Origin: Thermoanaerobaculia bacterium | GTDB taxonomy: Bacteria; Acidobacteriota; Thermoanaerobaculia; UBA5066 | Direction of reading: 5' to 3' | DNA length: 64,000 bases | NCBI GenBank assembly: GCA_963816185.1 | Contig: CAWFJJ010000001.1 | Span: 224,001 to 288,000 of the forward strand | Shown: positions 41,737-51,984 of the stretch, one piece after another | Numbering within the stretch: position 1 is the stretch's first letter | Layout: the number at the start of each line of letters is the position of its first letter | Made by a program: the position numbers and the translations under genes | The notes under the pieces: model-generated | The model's input: only the letters and a program-made list of their open reading frames with translations | What the model was told of the DNA's origin: nothing | The model's database searches: none

Positions 41737-43140
41737 ATGCGCCGCAAGAAGGTCTCTGCGCTTCTGTCTCCTCTCGTCTTCGTCGCCCGCGCTCTCTTCG
41801 CAGAAAACGCGATACCCGCCGACACCCGTGCGGCGATCGACAAGGACGTCGGCGAGGTCCTCGCGAAGACGGGGGCGCCGAGCGCCTCGATCGCGATCGT
41901 GAAAGACGGGAAGATCGCGTACGTTCACGCGTACGGCTCGGCGCGACTCGGGCCTCCCGCCGTCGTCGCAGCGCCCGCGATGCGGTACAGCATCGGTTCC
42001 GTCAGCAAACAGTTCACGTCGACGGCCATTCTTCTGCTCGCCGAAGAGGGAAAGCTGTCGCTCGACGATCGGCTCGTGCGGTGGCTGCCGGAGCTGACAC
42101 GCGCGGGAGACGTCACGATTCGCCAGCTCCTGTCGATGACGGCCGGCTATCAGGACTACTGGCCGCAGGACTACGTGATGCCGCGCATGAAAGAGCCGGT
42201 CACGGCGCACGAGATCGTCGACGGCTGGGCGAAAAAGCCGCTCGACTTCGCGCCCGGCGCGAAATGGCAGTACAGCAACACGAATTACGTCATCGCGGGG
42301 CTCATCGTCGAGAAGGCGAGCGGCACGCCGCTGTTCGACTTTCTCGAGAAGCGCGTCTTCGGGCCCCTCGGCATGACGACGGCCGTGAACACGGACGCAA
42401 CGCCCCTCGGCTCCGACGATGCGGCCGGATACCAGCGGTTCGCGCTCGGTCCGCCTCGCCCGGCGCCTAAGGAAGGGAAGGGCTGGTTGTTCGCCGCGGG
42501 CGAGCTGTCGATGACCGCCCAGGACCTCGCGCGCTGGGACATCTCGCTTATCGACCAGACGGTGATGAGACCCGCGTCGTACCGGGAGCTGGAAACGGAC
42601 GTGCGGCTCGAAAGCGGCGTGGGATCACGTTACGGGCTTGGCGTCGGGTTCGCCCTCGTCGACGGTCGAAGACTGGTCTCTCACGGCGGAGAGGTTTCGG
42701 GCTTCACGGCTCGGAACGACGTCTATCCCGACGAGCGCGCCGCCGTCATCGTGCTCGTCAACCTCGACGCGACACCGGCCCCGACCGAGATCGCGAAGAG
42801 GATCGGGAACTCATTGTTCGCCACTTCGGACGGCGGTACCAATCAAGCGGTGGAACAAGCGAAGAAGATCTTCGAAGGTCTTCGGCTCGGAAGACTCGAC
42901 CGCGCGCTTTTCACGTCGAACGCAAACGCCTACTTCAGCGAACAGGCGGTCAAGGATTTCGCGGCCAGCCTCCGCCCCTTGGGCAAGCTCCAGGAATTCA
43001 CGCAGAAATCCAGGTCTCTCCGCGGCGGCATGACGCTCCGCCGCCTGACGGCGAAGTTCGCGAAGAAGACCCTCGGCGTCACGACACTCGAGACGCCTGA
43101 CGGCAAGCTCGAGCAGTTCATGGTGGCCGCCGAGGAGTAG
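41737..43140 (+). CDS. Serine hydrolase, beta-lactamase/AmpC-like family
   Basis: GSVSKQF (SxxK), YSNTNY, HGG. Confidence 0.88.
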   Translation: MRRKKVSALLSPLVFVARALFAENAIPADTRAAIDKDVGEVLAKTGAPSASIAIVKDGKIAYVHAYGSARLGPPAVVAAPAMRYSIGSVSKQFTSTAILLLAEEGKLSLDDRLVRWLPELTRAGDVTIRQLLSMTAGYQDYWPQDYVMPRMKEPVTAHEIVDGWAKKPLDFAPGAKWQYSNTNYVIAGLIVEKASGTPLFDFLEKRVFGPLGMTTAVNTDATPLGSDDAAGYQRFALGPPRPAPKEGKGWLFAAGELSMTAQDLARWDISLIDQTVMRPASYRELETDVRLESGVGSRYGLGVGFALVDGRRLVSHGGEVSGFTARNDVYPDERAAVIVLVNLDATPAPTEIAKRIGNSLFATSDGGTNQAVEQAKKIFEGLRLGRLDRALFTSNANAYFSEQAVKDFAASLRPLGKLQEFTQKSRSLRGGMTLRRLTAKFAKKTLGVTTLETPDGKLEQFMVAAEE

Positions 43141-43170
43141 CGCGGCCGGCCGGTCGCAGGGTCCCCCGGT

Positions 43171-43641
43171 TCAGTCTTCGATCTGCTGGGCGAGGTAGTT
43201 CGGCAGCCCCATTTCCTCGATCTGCCCGAGCTGGGCCTCCAGCCAGTCGATGTGCTCCTCTTCCTCCTTCAGGATCTTCTCGAGAAGGAGCCGCGAGCCG
43301 TTGTCTCCCTTGGCGCGGCACGCCTCCAGCCCTGCGTTCAGGCGCGCGACGGCCTTCCGCTCGACCTCGAGGTCGAAGCGGTGCTGGTCGGGGATGGTCT
43401 GCCCGACCTGGATCGGGAAATAGCGCTGCATGTTCGGGGCGCCTTCGAGGTAGAGGATGCGCTCGATGAGCTCCTGCGCGTGCTTCATCTCCTCGATTGA
43501 CTCCTTGCGCGAATGCTCGGCGAGCCTCTTGTAGTGCCAGTTACGGCACATCATCGCGTGGATGAAGTACTGGTTGACGGCGGTGAGCTCGGCCGTGAGC
43601 ACCTCGTTCAGCAGCGTGATGACGTCTGCTTCTCCACGCAT
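43171..43641 (-). CDS. bfr: Bacterioferritin
   Basis: ELTAVNQYFIH, EEMKHA, ERILYLEG, EEEHIDWLE. Confidence 0.95.
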   Translation of the reverse strand: MRGEADVITLLNEVLTAELTAVNQYFIHAMMCRNWHYKRLAEHSRKESIEEMKHAQELIERILYLEGAPNMQRYFPIQVGQTIPDQHRFDLEVERKAVARLNAGLEACRAKGDNGSRLLLEKILKEEEEHIDWLEAQLGQIEEMGLPNYLAQQIED

Positions 43642-43673
43642 TCTTCCTCCGGTTCGCGAGATTATCAGCCGCG

Positions 43674-43916
43674 TCAGGCGCGGCTGGCGAGATAGGATTC
43701 GAGGTCGGGGCGGCAAGCCGTACAGGTGCTGCCGCAGCCCGTCCGTGCGAGCGCCGCGGGAAGGGGCTCCCCGGCATCGAGAAGCCTTCCGATCTCCGCG
43801 AAGGAGATGCCGGCGCATTCGCAGCGGGTCATCGCCCGCCCGAAGGCGGGAAGCGCGAAAAGGTTCCGGGCCGGTGCCGGTGTCTCGTCGACCGGTTGAG
43901 TGAGACTCGTTCTCAT
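43674..43916 (-). CDS. bfd: Bfd-like [2Fe-2S] protein
   Basis: C-x-C ... GCGSTCTAC upstream of bfr; start 43916 (TATATT 7 nt upstream) or 43832. Confidence 0.75.
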   Translation of the reverse strand: MRTSLTQPVDETPAPARNLFALPAFGRAMTRCECAGISFAEIGRLLDAGEPLPAALARTGCGSTCTACRPDLESYLASRA

Positions 43917-43972
43917 CGCTCGCAATATACGCCCCGCGGGCTCCGGGTCACTGATGCAAATGGATCGGTCCG

Positions 43973-45307
43973 TCAGTCGGGCAGGAGCTCCCGCGTGAGG
44001 TTACGGTTCGCGCCCTTTCCCACGAGGATGTTGTCCTCGATCCGGATGCCGCCCGAAGGAATGAGCCGGTCCACGAGCGCCCAGTCGAAGGCGTCCCGAT
44101 TCGCTCCCGAGCGATAAGGATCGAGCAGCATCGGAATGAAGTAGAGCCCCGGCTCGATCGTGAAGACCATGCGCTCCTCGATGACGCGGGTCGTCCGGAG
44201 GGCCGGGTGGCCGTCCGGCGGCGGCGCGATCGTGCCTTCGCGGTCTATCTGGCGGCCCGCGACGTCATGGACCTGAATGCCGAGGAAGTGACCGAGGCCG
44301 TGGGGCAGGAACGGGCGCGTGAGACCCTTCTCGAACGCGTCGGCGCCCGAGACGCGAAAAACACCGGCCTCCGAGAGAAGAGCGCCCACGCCCCGATGGG
44401 TTTCGAGATGCAGGTCGACATAGGAAATGCCCGGGCGGCCTTTCACGCAGAGGCGCGCCTGGAGGGTCTTCATGCCGTCGAGGAGGGTCGCGAAGACAGG
44501 ATCGGCCGCGGCCGTTGCGTAGGTGCGGGTGATGTCGCTCGCGTAGCCGCGCACGGCCGCGCCGGCGTCGATCAGGAAGACACGGGCACTCGCGGCCTGC
44601 CGCCCGCGCTTTCCGTGATAGTGGAGCGTGGCGGCGTGGTGGTCGAGGCCCACGATCGTCGTGTAGGGGAGAGCCTCCTCGACGTCGCCGAGCGCGGCGA
44701 GGTAGGCGTGATGGATGTCGATCTCCGAGGCGCCGGCGCGGAACGCGGCCTCGGCGGCGCGGTGCGCGGGCGCCGCCTTCGCGGTCGCCGCTGCGATCGC
44801 GTCGACCTCCCAGTCGCTCTTGTACGACCGCTCCCAGTCGAGACGCGCGACGAGGGCCTTCGGGTTCACGCCCGCCGGCGGCACCCCATGCGCGCCGGCC
44901 TCCTCCGCAGGGGCGCCTACGAAGGCCGTGCGTGCTCCGGCCGCTCCGATCTCCCTCCACGCCTCCTCGGGCGTCGCGACCTCGACGACGTCGAATTCGC
45001 GGCGTACGAAATCCGGTGCGGGTGCGGGCGGCGCGTACCAGTAGTCGCGCGGCTGGACGCGCACGAGGCGCGGCCGCCTGCCCGGCACGACATCGAGCAG
45101 GTGGTACGGGCCGTCCACGGGCGCCCAGTGCGCGAAGTGAGGCGTCGAATGAAAGGGCGCGTCGTTGTCGTCGGCGAAGTACGTGAACGGGACGCCCGAG
45201 TGGATTAGCAGCCGGTCGAAACCGGTCTCCCCGAGAGCGCGCGCGGTCGTGGCGGCGCGCGCGGCGACGTGGGCGGAGTAGGTCGCGAAAGAGGCGGTCG
45301 TGGGCAC
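43973..45307 (-). CDS. pepQ: Xaa-Pro dipeptidase
   Basis: LIDAGA, YASDITRT, PHGLGHFLGIQVHDVAG, TIEPGLYF, GGIRIEDN. Confidence 0.92.
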   Translation of the reverse strand: MPTTASFATYSAHVAARAATTARALGETGFDRLLIHSGVPFTYFADDNDAPFHSTPHFAHWAPVDGPYHLLDVVPGRRPRLVRVQPRDYWYAPPAPAPDFVRREFDVVEVATPEEAWREIGAAGARTAFVGAPAEEAGAHGVPPAGVNPKALVARLDWERSYKSDWEVDAIAAATAKAAPAHRAAEAAFRAGASEIDIHHAYLAALGDVEEALPYTTIVGLDHHAATLHYHGKRGRQAASARVFLIDAGAAVRGYASDITRTYATAAADPVFATLLDGMKTLQARLCVKGRPGISYVDLHLETHRGVGALLSEAGVFRVSGADAFEKGLTRPFLPHGLGHFLGIQVHDVAGRQIDREGTIAPPPDGHPALRTTRVIEERMVFTIEPGLYFIPMLLDPYRSGANRDAFDWALVDRLIPSGGIRIEDNILVGKGANRNLTRELLPD

Positions 45308-45310
45308 GCG

Positions 45311-45946
45311 CTACTTCTTCGTGGCAGGTGCCGCGGCGGCGGGCGCCTGCGGCTTGCTCTTGTTCGCCTCGACGGTGATGGTGAGGTCCACGTCGTCCGA
45401 GAGCATCGCATTCCCGTCCACGATGCTGTTCCAGCTCACGCCGAAGTCCTTACGGTTCAGCTTTCCGGTCACGTCGAAGCCGGCCTTCTGTCCGCCGTGC
45501 CCGTCGTTCGCAAAGCCGTTCGACGCCACGGTCAGGACGACGGGCTTCGTCACGCCCCGGATCGTGAGGTCCCCCGTCACTTCGTAGAGGTCTTTTCCCT
45601 TCGCGGCGATCTTGGTGGACGTGAACGTGATCTGCGGGAACTTCGCGGTGTCGAAGAAGTCGGGGGAGTTGAGGTGCTTGTCGCGAGTCGGGTTGCCGGT
45701 GTCGAGGCTCGTGGCGTCGATCGTGAGGTGCACGGCGCTCGCCGCGGGGTTCGCCCGGTCGATCTCGATCGTGCCGTCGAACTTCGTGAAGCGGCCGCCG
45801 ACTTTCGAGACGAAGTGGCGCACCTTGAAGTCGAACTCGGAGTGAGCCTTGTCGAAGGTGAAGGTCTCCTTGTCGGCCCGCGCGCCGGGCGCGAGCGCGA
45901 GGACGGCGAGCGCCACCAGGGGCGCGAGGCGGCGGAGTCGGATCAT
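45311..45946 (-). CDS. YceI-family protein
   Basis: DKAHSEFDFKVRH, RDKHLNSPDFFD, GDLTIRGVTK. Confidence 0.92.
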   Translation of the reverse strand: MIRLRRLAPLVALAVLALAPGARADKETFTFDKAHSEFDFKVRHFVSKVGGRFTKFDGTIEIDRANPAASAVHLTIDATSLDTGNPTRDKHLNSPDFFDTAKFPQITFTSTKIAAKGKDLYEVTGDLTIRGVTKPVVLTVASNGFANDGHGGQKAGFDVTGKLNRKDFGVSWNSIVDGNAMLSDDVDLTITVEANKSKPQAPAAAAPATKK

Positions 45947-46043
45947 GAGCGCGGTCTCTCCTTTTTTCCGGTAGATTGCGGGGGCTCGCCCCGGCGCGCG
46001 CGAGTCTAGTCGAGTCATTTTCCAGAGGAAAGCGGAGGAGCTC

Positions 46044-46493
46044 ATGCCCGAAGACGGCGTTCAGGTTTACGCGACTCACCGGCGTTGGGATCCCTGGTAT
46101 CACTTTTTCGCCTTCTCGGTCGTTTCGATCTCGTTCTTCGCGGCGCTCTGGATCTTCATCAAGAGCCTCTCGGGCGGCTTCTCCGTCTGGGGCGCCTGGA
46201 ACGTCGTGGTCTGGGCGGCCGTGATCGCGTTGACGCTGAGGGTCAGGCTCTATCCGCTGAGGGTGCAGGACCGGATCATCCGACTCGAAGAACGGCTTCG
46301 GCTCGCGACGCTTCTCGACAACTCTCTCAAGGCGCGCATCGGCGAGCTCGACGTCAAGCAGCTCGTCGGGCTGCGTTTCGCCTCGGACGCCGAGGTGCCG
46401 GGGCTCGTGAAGATCGCGCTCGACGAGAAGCTCACGGGCGAGGAGATCAAGAAACGCATCAAGACCTGGCGCCCCGATACGTTCCGCGTCTAG
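46044..46493 (+). CDS. Membrane hypothetical protein (DUF6526-like)
   Basis: QDRIIRLEERLR, LVGLRFASDAE, IKTWRPD; GGAGG RBS. Confidence 0.75.
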   Translation: MPEDGVQVYATHRRWDPWYHFFAFSVVSISFFAALWIFIKSLSGGFSVWGAWNVVVWAAVIALTLRVRLYPLRVQDRIIRLEERLRLATLLDNSLKARIGELDVKQLVGLRFASDAEVPGLVKIALDEKLTGEEIKKRIKTWRPDTFRV

Positions 46494-46506
46494 ATTCTTC
46501 GTCTCG

Positions 46507-47295
46507 TCAAAATGCGGCCGCGGTCTCCCCAAACAGCTCGTGGCGGGCGGCGTCCATCTCCGCTCGCGTGCGCGACAGCAGTGCCGGGAGGTCGTCCTCC
46601 GTCATTCCGGCCGTCGCGATCGGCTCGAGAACCTTCACTTTGATCCGGCCCGGGCGAACCAGCAGCCGCCTCGCGTCGAGGACGGCCGCGAGCGGCCCGA
46701 CGACGAACGGCACGATCGGCACGTGCGCCGCGAGGGCGAGACGAAACGCGCCCTTCTTGAACGGGAGCATTTCGGGGCCCTGATTCCGGTGCCCCTCGGG
46801 CGCCATCCAGACGCGCCAACCCTCCCGCTGGATCCGCCTTGCGGCCTCGGCGATCGAGCTCCGCGCCTTGGCGGCATCCTCGCGGTCGACCAGGATGTTG
46901 CCGGTCGCGCGGAACAGCCAGCCGAAGATCGGGATGAGCCCGATCTGCTTCTTGCCGAGGACCAGCGTCGAATCGGGAAAGAAGGCGGCCCACACGACGG
47001 CATCGAGATTCGACTGGTGGTTCCCCACGAGAATCGCCGGGCGGTGCGCGACGAGCCGCTCGGCGTGCTCCACCTCGACCGTCCAGCCGAGGACGGCCAT
47101 CATGAGGCCCGACCAGCGGTCCAGCCAGCGCCGCGTGGCGCGGTCGCGCTCCCACTTCAGGACGACGAGGCGAAAGAGCGCGAGGACGGAGAGCGAGAGG
47201 AAGAGGGCGCCACCGAAGAGACACGCGGCGACGAAATAGACCCGGGTGAAGAGCCGGCGCAGGGCGCCGGCAAGTCCGCCTTTCCGTTCGGGCAT
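46507..47295 (-). CDS. plsC: 1-acyl-sn-glycerol-3-phosphate acyltransferase
   Basis: NHQSNLD, PEGHR, PFKKGAF. Confidence 0.88.
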   Translation of the reverse strand: MPERKGGLAGALRRLFTRVYFVAACLFGGALFLSLSVLALFRLVVLKWERDRATRRWLDRWSGLMMAVLGWTVEVEHAERLVAHRPAILVGNHQSNLDAVVWAAFFPDSTLVLGKKQIGLIPIFGWLFRATGNILVDREDAAKARSSIAEAARRIQREGWRVWMAPEGHRNQGPEMLPFKKGAFRLALAAHVPIVPFVVGPLAAVLDARRLLVRPGRIKVKVLEPIATAGMTEDDLPALLSRTRAEMDAARHELFGETAAAF

Positions 47296-47313
47296 GCCGC
47301 AATATAGCCCGCG

Positions 47314-48649
47314 GTGAAGCCGGATGTCGTCGTCGTGGGAGGGGGCGCGGCGGGCCTTCTCGCGGCGCTGGCGGCGGCGCGCGGCGGCCGGCGTGTCCTC
47401 GTGCTCGAGGCGGCGAAGGACGCCGGCCGGAAGATCCTCGTGTCCGGCGGCGGCCGCTGCAACGTCCTCCCGATGGAGGACGCGCCCCAACGCTTCGTCT
47501 CCGAGTCGCCGAACCGCCTCGTGCGCCGCTTCCTCGACCGGTGGCCGCTTTCAGGCCAACGCTCGTTCTTCGAGGAACTTCTCGGGGGGAAGCTCCGAGA
47601 GGAGCCCGAGACCCGGAAGCTCTTCCCGCCCTCGAACCGCGCGAAGGACGTGCGCGACGCGCTGTGCGAGGCGCTGGCGGCCGCGGGAGGGACGCTGCGC
47701 GCGGCGGCGAGAGTGCGTCGACCTCGTGCGCGCGGGCGAGGGCTTTTCCTTTCGCCTCGACGGAGACGAGGAGATCGCCGCGCCGCGCGTGATCCTCGCG
47801 ACCGGCGGGCGCTCCGTCCTCGCGGGGGGAGCGGACGCGGCGGGTTACGCGTGGGCCGCCGCGATGGGCCATACGGTCCGGCCGACGTACCCGGCGCTCG
47901 TGCCTCTCACGGGCGACGCGCCGGCCCATCACGCGCTCGCGGGCGTCTCGGTCGCGGCGCGTGTTACCGCGCAGAGCGAGAAAGAGCGTGCGACGTCGAG
48001 CGGCGGCTTCCTCTTCACGCACAAGGGCTGGAGCGGCCCTGCGGTCCTCGACGTCGCGCACGTCGTCGAACGCGCCGCGCTCGCGGGAGCGAGCGCCGAA
48101 GTCCGGGTCTGCTTCGGATTCGGAGAAGGACGAAGAAAGGAGGAAGACGAAGAGAAGATTTCTTTGAATCGTCCCGTGCAGGGGGGAACGGCCTCTTCAT
48201 CCGGCCGGGCCGACACAGCCGCAAGGTGGGATGCCGCCCTACGCAGCGGCGGGGTTTCCTGCGGCTCCCTCTCTCTTTCTTCCTTTCTAAGCAAATCTTC
48301 TTCTTCTCTTCCCGACCGTCTGGTCCGCCTGATCCTCGAAACAGCACGGGTCCCGGATGTCCGACTCTCTTATCTTTCGCGCGAAGCGCGCTTGCGCGTC
48401 GTGGAAACGCTGACCGCGTTTCCGCTCCCCGCGACGGGGACCGAGGGCTATCGCACGGCGGAGGTGACCGGGGGCGGTGTCGCTCTCGAGGAGGTGGACC
48501 CCGGAAGCGGGCGCAGCCGGCTCGTGCCGGGCCTTTTTCTCGCGGGCGAGATCCTCGATGCCTTCGGCCCGATCGGTGGCTTCAACTTCCAGTGGGCATG
48601 GGCGACCGGCCGCACCGCCGGCGAAGCCGTGGCGCGCGCCGGAATCTAG
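47314..48649 (+). CDS. HI0933/BaiN-family flavoprotein, frameshift near 47716
   Basis: GGGAAG, GRKILVSGGGRCN, ATGG, FTHKGWSGP, VTGGGV, GEILD..GGFNFQWA. Confidence 0.88.
48150..48310. repeat. Degenerate inverted TTCTWAGAA pair inside the flavoprotein CDS (pair B)
   Basis: gaagaTTTCTTTGAA (48159-48168) and ctTTCTAAGCAAatcttcttc (48285-48293) with purine and pyrimidine halos. Confidence 0.65.
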
Positions 48650-49320
48650 ATCTTGGCCCCGTCCCACCAGCTCGAGAGATGCGCCGTGGGCGTTCCCGGG
48701 GCTCCCCGCGCGTAATGGGAGACGTCGTTGAAAAGAGTCAGGCGGGCGTGGGAGGAGTCCTTGAAGTCGAGGGCGTTCAGGCACGCGGGACTCTGGTCGA
48801 GGCGGTCGCGATAGAAGCGCGGGTCGAAGCCGACGAGGACCGAGATCAGGAGGCGAATCGTGGCCTTGTGCGAGACGACGAGGAACGAGCGACCGGTCTG
48901 CGCGGAAACGAGAGAGAACAGCGCGGGAAGCGCGCGCGCCGTGACCGCGAGCCCGCTTTCGCCGCCCTCCGGCGCGAACGTGTACGGGTCCGAGTCCCAG
49001 CGCGCGTACTCTTCTGGCCACAGCGCCTCGACCTCGCGGCGCGTCTTCGTCTCCCAGCGGCCGTGTGAGATCTCCCGGAGAGCCGGGACGGGGACGACCG
49101 GGAGTCCGTGCGGCCCGGCGAGGATGCCGGCGCTCTCGAGCGTGCGGCGCATCGGGCTCGCGTAAATCGCGCAGAGAGGCTCGTGCGCGAGGCGGTCGGC
49201 GAGCTGGCGAAGCTGCGCGCGCCCCGAATCCGAGAGATCCACGTCCGTCTCCCCCGCGAAGCGGTCCTCGGCCGAGAGCGTCGTGGCCCCGTGCCGGACG
49301 AGATAAACGCGCGTCGCCAT
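48646..49320 (-). CDS. Histidine phosphatase (PGM-like) family protein
   Basis: LVRHG, SPMRR, LREISHG, GGES, VVSH. Confidence 0.9.
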   Translation of the reverse strand: MATRVYLVRHGATTLSAEDRFAGETDVDLSDSGRAQLRQLADRLAHEPLCAIYASPMRRTLESAGILAGPHGLPVVPVPALREISHGRWETKTRREVEALWPEEYARWDSDPYTFAPEGGESGLAVTARALPALFSLVSAQTGRSFLVVSHKATIRLLISVLVGFDPRFYRDRLDQSPACLNALDFKDSSHARLTLFNDVSHYARGAPGTPTAHLSSWWDGAKI

Positions 49321-49325
49321 TCGGG

Positions 49326-49676
49326 TCAGCCTTTCACCGAGAGATTCTTAGAAGGAAGAAGAACACGGAGGCGCTCGCGCCACTCGCCTTGAAGCTCGAT
49401 CGTGGCGCCCACGACCGAGCCGCCAGTGCCGAGGGACTTCTTGAGTTCCTTCGCTAATCCTTCTAAGAAATCCGAATTCTCCGGAAGTCCGTAGAGAACC
49501 GTCACCGTCTTGCCGCTCCGCCCCTTTTTTTCGATCCGCAGCCTGACGACGACCTTCGAAGGGATCTCTTCCTCCGCCTTCGAGGAACATCTGCATTGAT
49601 CCGAGGGCCAGCCGCATGTAGCGCAGACGCGCCCGACGGCCGTGGAATAGACGAGCCGGACAGGGTCCTGCCTCAC
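49326..49676 (-). CDS. yciH: SUI1/YciH translation initiation factor homolog
   Basis: LVYST, CxxC..CxC, KGRSGKTVT, LKKSLGTGG, IELQG. Confidence 0.88.
   Translation of the reverse strand: MRQDPVRLVYSTAVGRVCATCGWPSDQCRCSSKAEEEIPSKVVVRLRIEKKGRSGKTVTVLYGLPENSDFLEGLAKELKKSLGTGGSVVGATIELQGEWRERLRVLLPSKNLSVKG
49345..49470. repeat. Inverted TTCTWAGAA pair inside yciH (pair C)
   Basis: TTCTTAGAAgg 49345-49353 and ccTTCTAAGAAa 49461-49469. Confidence 0.85.
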
Positions 49677-49695
49677 GGTCTCAGGATAATGCCCT

Positions 49696-50127
49696 ATGGC
49701 CGATCCGATCCCGGTCGCCCCGGGGGTGACGATTCCGGCGGCCGCGCTCGAGACGCGGCAGGTTCGGGCGTCGGGACCGGGTGGGCAGAACGTGAACAAG
49801 GTGGCGTCCCGCGTGGAGCTGCTCGTGGACGCGGCCCTGATCGAGGGTCTGGACTCCGCCGCGCGCCTTCGCCTCTTCGCGCTTGCCGGCAAGAGGCGGG
49901 CGGCCGACGGGCGGCTTCGCCTCGTGGCCCAGGAGAGCCGCGATCGGCACCGGAATCTGGAAACCGCCCGGAAGCGCGCCCGGGATCTCGTGAGGCGGGC
50001 CCTTCACGTGCCCGCTGTGCGACGGCCCACGGGGCCTTCCCGCGGCGCCCGGGAGGCGCGTCTCAGGGAGAAAACACGGGAAAGCCGTCTCAAGGCGGCC
50101 CGCCGACCGGTCGGGGCCGACGAATAG
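49696..50127 (+). CDS. arfB: Alternative ribosome-rescue factor B
   Basis: RASGPGGQNVNK, basic C-terminal tail. Confidence 0.9.
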   Translation: MADPIPVAPGVTIPAAALETRQVRASGPGGQNVNKVASRVELLVDAALIEGLDSAARLRLFALAGKRRAADGRLRLVAQESRDRHRNLETARKRARDLVRRALHVPAVRRPTGPSRGAREARLREKTRESRLKAARRPVGADE

Positions 50128-50213
50128 CGCATCTGAACTACTGCAAGTCGCAGTTCCGGGGCCCATCGTTCACGTTGGCGGGCCATGGGGCGTCTGCCGA
50201 GGAGGATTCGACT

Positions 50214-51551
50214 ATGTCATCCAGTGCACCGCGGCAGTCTGTGACCGTCACCGACAACCGCACCGGGAAAACGATCGAGGTTCCGATCCAGAACGGCACG
50301 ATCAAAGCTCTCGACCTTCGGGTCCTGAAGACCTCTCCGGAGGACTTCGGCCTGATGACGTACGACCCCGCGTTCATGAACACGGCCTCGTGCAAGAGCA
50401 AGATCACGTTCATCGACGGCGACAAGGGCATCCTCGAGTATCGCGGATACCCGATTGCCGAGCTGGCCGAGAAGACGACGTACCTCGAGACGGCGTATCT
50501 CGTCCTCAACGGAGAGCTGCCGACCAAGCAGCAGCACACCGACTGGGTGAAGGACGTCACCTACCACACGATGGTCCACGAGAACATCAAGGACCTGATG
50601 GCGGCGTTCCGGTATGACGCGCACCCGATGGGCATGCTCGCCTCCACGGTCGCGGCGCTGTCCACGTTCTACCCGGAGTCCAAGGAAGTTCGTTCGCCCG
50701 AGACCCGGAAGCAGCAGATCGTGCGCCTGGTCGCGAAGATGCCGACCCTGGCCGCCTTCGCCTACCGCCATTCGATCGGCTTCCCGTACGCGTACCCGGA
50801 CAACGACCTCTCGTACACGGGGAACTTCCTGCAGATGATGTACCGCGCGGCCGAGCCGAAATACCGGCCGAACCCGGTCCTCGAGCGGGCGCTCGAAGTC
50901 CTCTTCATCCTCCACGCCGACCACGAGCAGAACTGCTCGACGAACGCCATGCGTGCGGTCGGCTCCTCGGAAGCCGATCCGTATTGCTCGGCAGCCGGCG
51001 CGATCTCGGCCCTCTACGGCCCGCTGCACGGCGGGGCGAACGAGGCGGTCCTGCGCATGCTGTTCGAGATCGGCTCGAAGGCGAACATCCCGGCCTTCAT
51101 CAAGGCGGTCAAGGAGAGCGGCGGCGAGACGCGCCTCATGGGCTTCGGCCACCGCGTCTACAAGAACTACGACCCGCGCGCGAAGGTCATCAAGAACATG
51201 GCCGAGCAGGTCTTCGAGGTCACCGGCCGCAACCCGCTCCTCGACATCGCGCTCGAGCTCGAGCGGATCGCCCTCCAGGACGAGTACTTCCTCAAACGGA
51301 AGCTCTATCCGAACGTGGACTTCTACTCCGGCCTCATCTACCAGGCCATGAAGTTCCCCGTCGACATGTTCCCGGTCCTCTTCGCGATCCCGCGCATGTC
51401 CGGCTGGCTCGCCCAGTGGAACGAGATGATGGGGGACAAGGAGCAGAAGATCGCCCGCCCGCGCCAGGTCTTCCTCGGCGAACGCGAGCGCCACTTCATC
51501 CCGTTCGAGAAGCGGGAAGTCAAGACGGAGGGCGTGCTCACGACGGCGTAA
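50214..51551 (+). CDS. gltA: Citrate synthase
   Basis: [43 protein letters not shown]. Confidence 0.96.
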   Translation: MSSSAPRQSVTVTDNRTGKTIEVPIQNGTIKALDLRVLKTSPEDFGLMTYDPAFMNTASCKSKITFIDGDKGILEYRGYPIAELAEKTTYLETAYLVLNGELPTKQQHTDWVKDVTYHTMVHENIKDLMAAFRYDAHPMGMLASTVAALSTFYPESKEVRSPETRKQQIVRLVAKMPTLAAFAYRHSIGFPYAYPDNDLSYTGNFLQMMYRAAEPKYRPNPVLERALEVLFILHADHEQNCSTNAMRAVGSSEADPYCSAAGAISALYGPLHGGANEAVLRMLFEIGSKANIPAFIKAVKESGGETRLMGFGHRVYKNYDPRAKVIKNMAEQVFEVTGRNPLLDIALELERIALQDEYFLKRKLYPNVDFYSGLIYQAMKFPVDMFPVLFAIPRMSGWLAQWNEMMGDKEQKIARPRQVFLGERERHFIPFEKREVKTEGVLTTA

Positions 51552-51954
51552 TCGGCAAGCGCGTGATCGGGGACGGGCGCCGCTTCTCGTCCACGTTCAC
51601 GTAGACGACCTCGGCCTCGGTCACCTTCACGGTTTCGTCCGTCTTCTGCCAGCGCTCGGCGGTGACGACGACCTTGATGGTGATCGAGGTTCGGCCGATG
51701 CGGGCGACGGTCGTGTAAAAGCTCACGATGTCGCCCACGTAGACGGGGGCATGGAAGACGACTTCGTTCATCTTCACGGTGAGCACGCGGTCACAGTGCG
51801 GCCGCGTCGCGATCGCTCCCGCCTGGTCGATGTAGGCGAGGAGCACCCCGCCGAAGATCGTCCCGTGGCCGTTCGTGTCGCGCGGGAACATCGACACGCG
51901 GATCGCGGGCTGGAGGCCTGAGGAAGAAGACGGAGCGCCGGTCTCGGAGTCCAT
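51538..51954 (-). CDS. Acyl-CoA thioesterase (YciA-like hotdog fold)
   Basis: [26 protein letters not shown]. Confidence 0.88.
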   Translation of the reverse strand: MDSETGAPSSSSGLQPAIRVSMFPRDTNGHGTIFGGVLLAYIDQAGAIATRPHCDRVLTVKMNEVVFHAPVYVGDIVSFYTTVARIGRTSITIKVVVTAERWQKTDETVKVTEAEVVYVNVDEKRRPSPITRLPITPS

Positions 51955-51984
51955 GGCCGGATTATGGCGGGCTAAGATCCCTTC

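Noticed and set aside
41737-43140. Serine hydrolase as an antibiotic-resistance beta-lactamase
   Set aside because: HGG in place of KTG and a C-terminal extension fit the broad peptidase/esterase family; resistance is not supported
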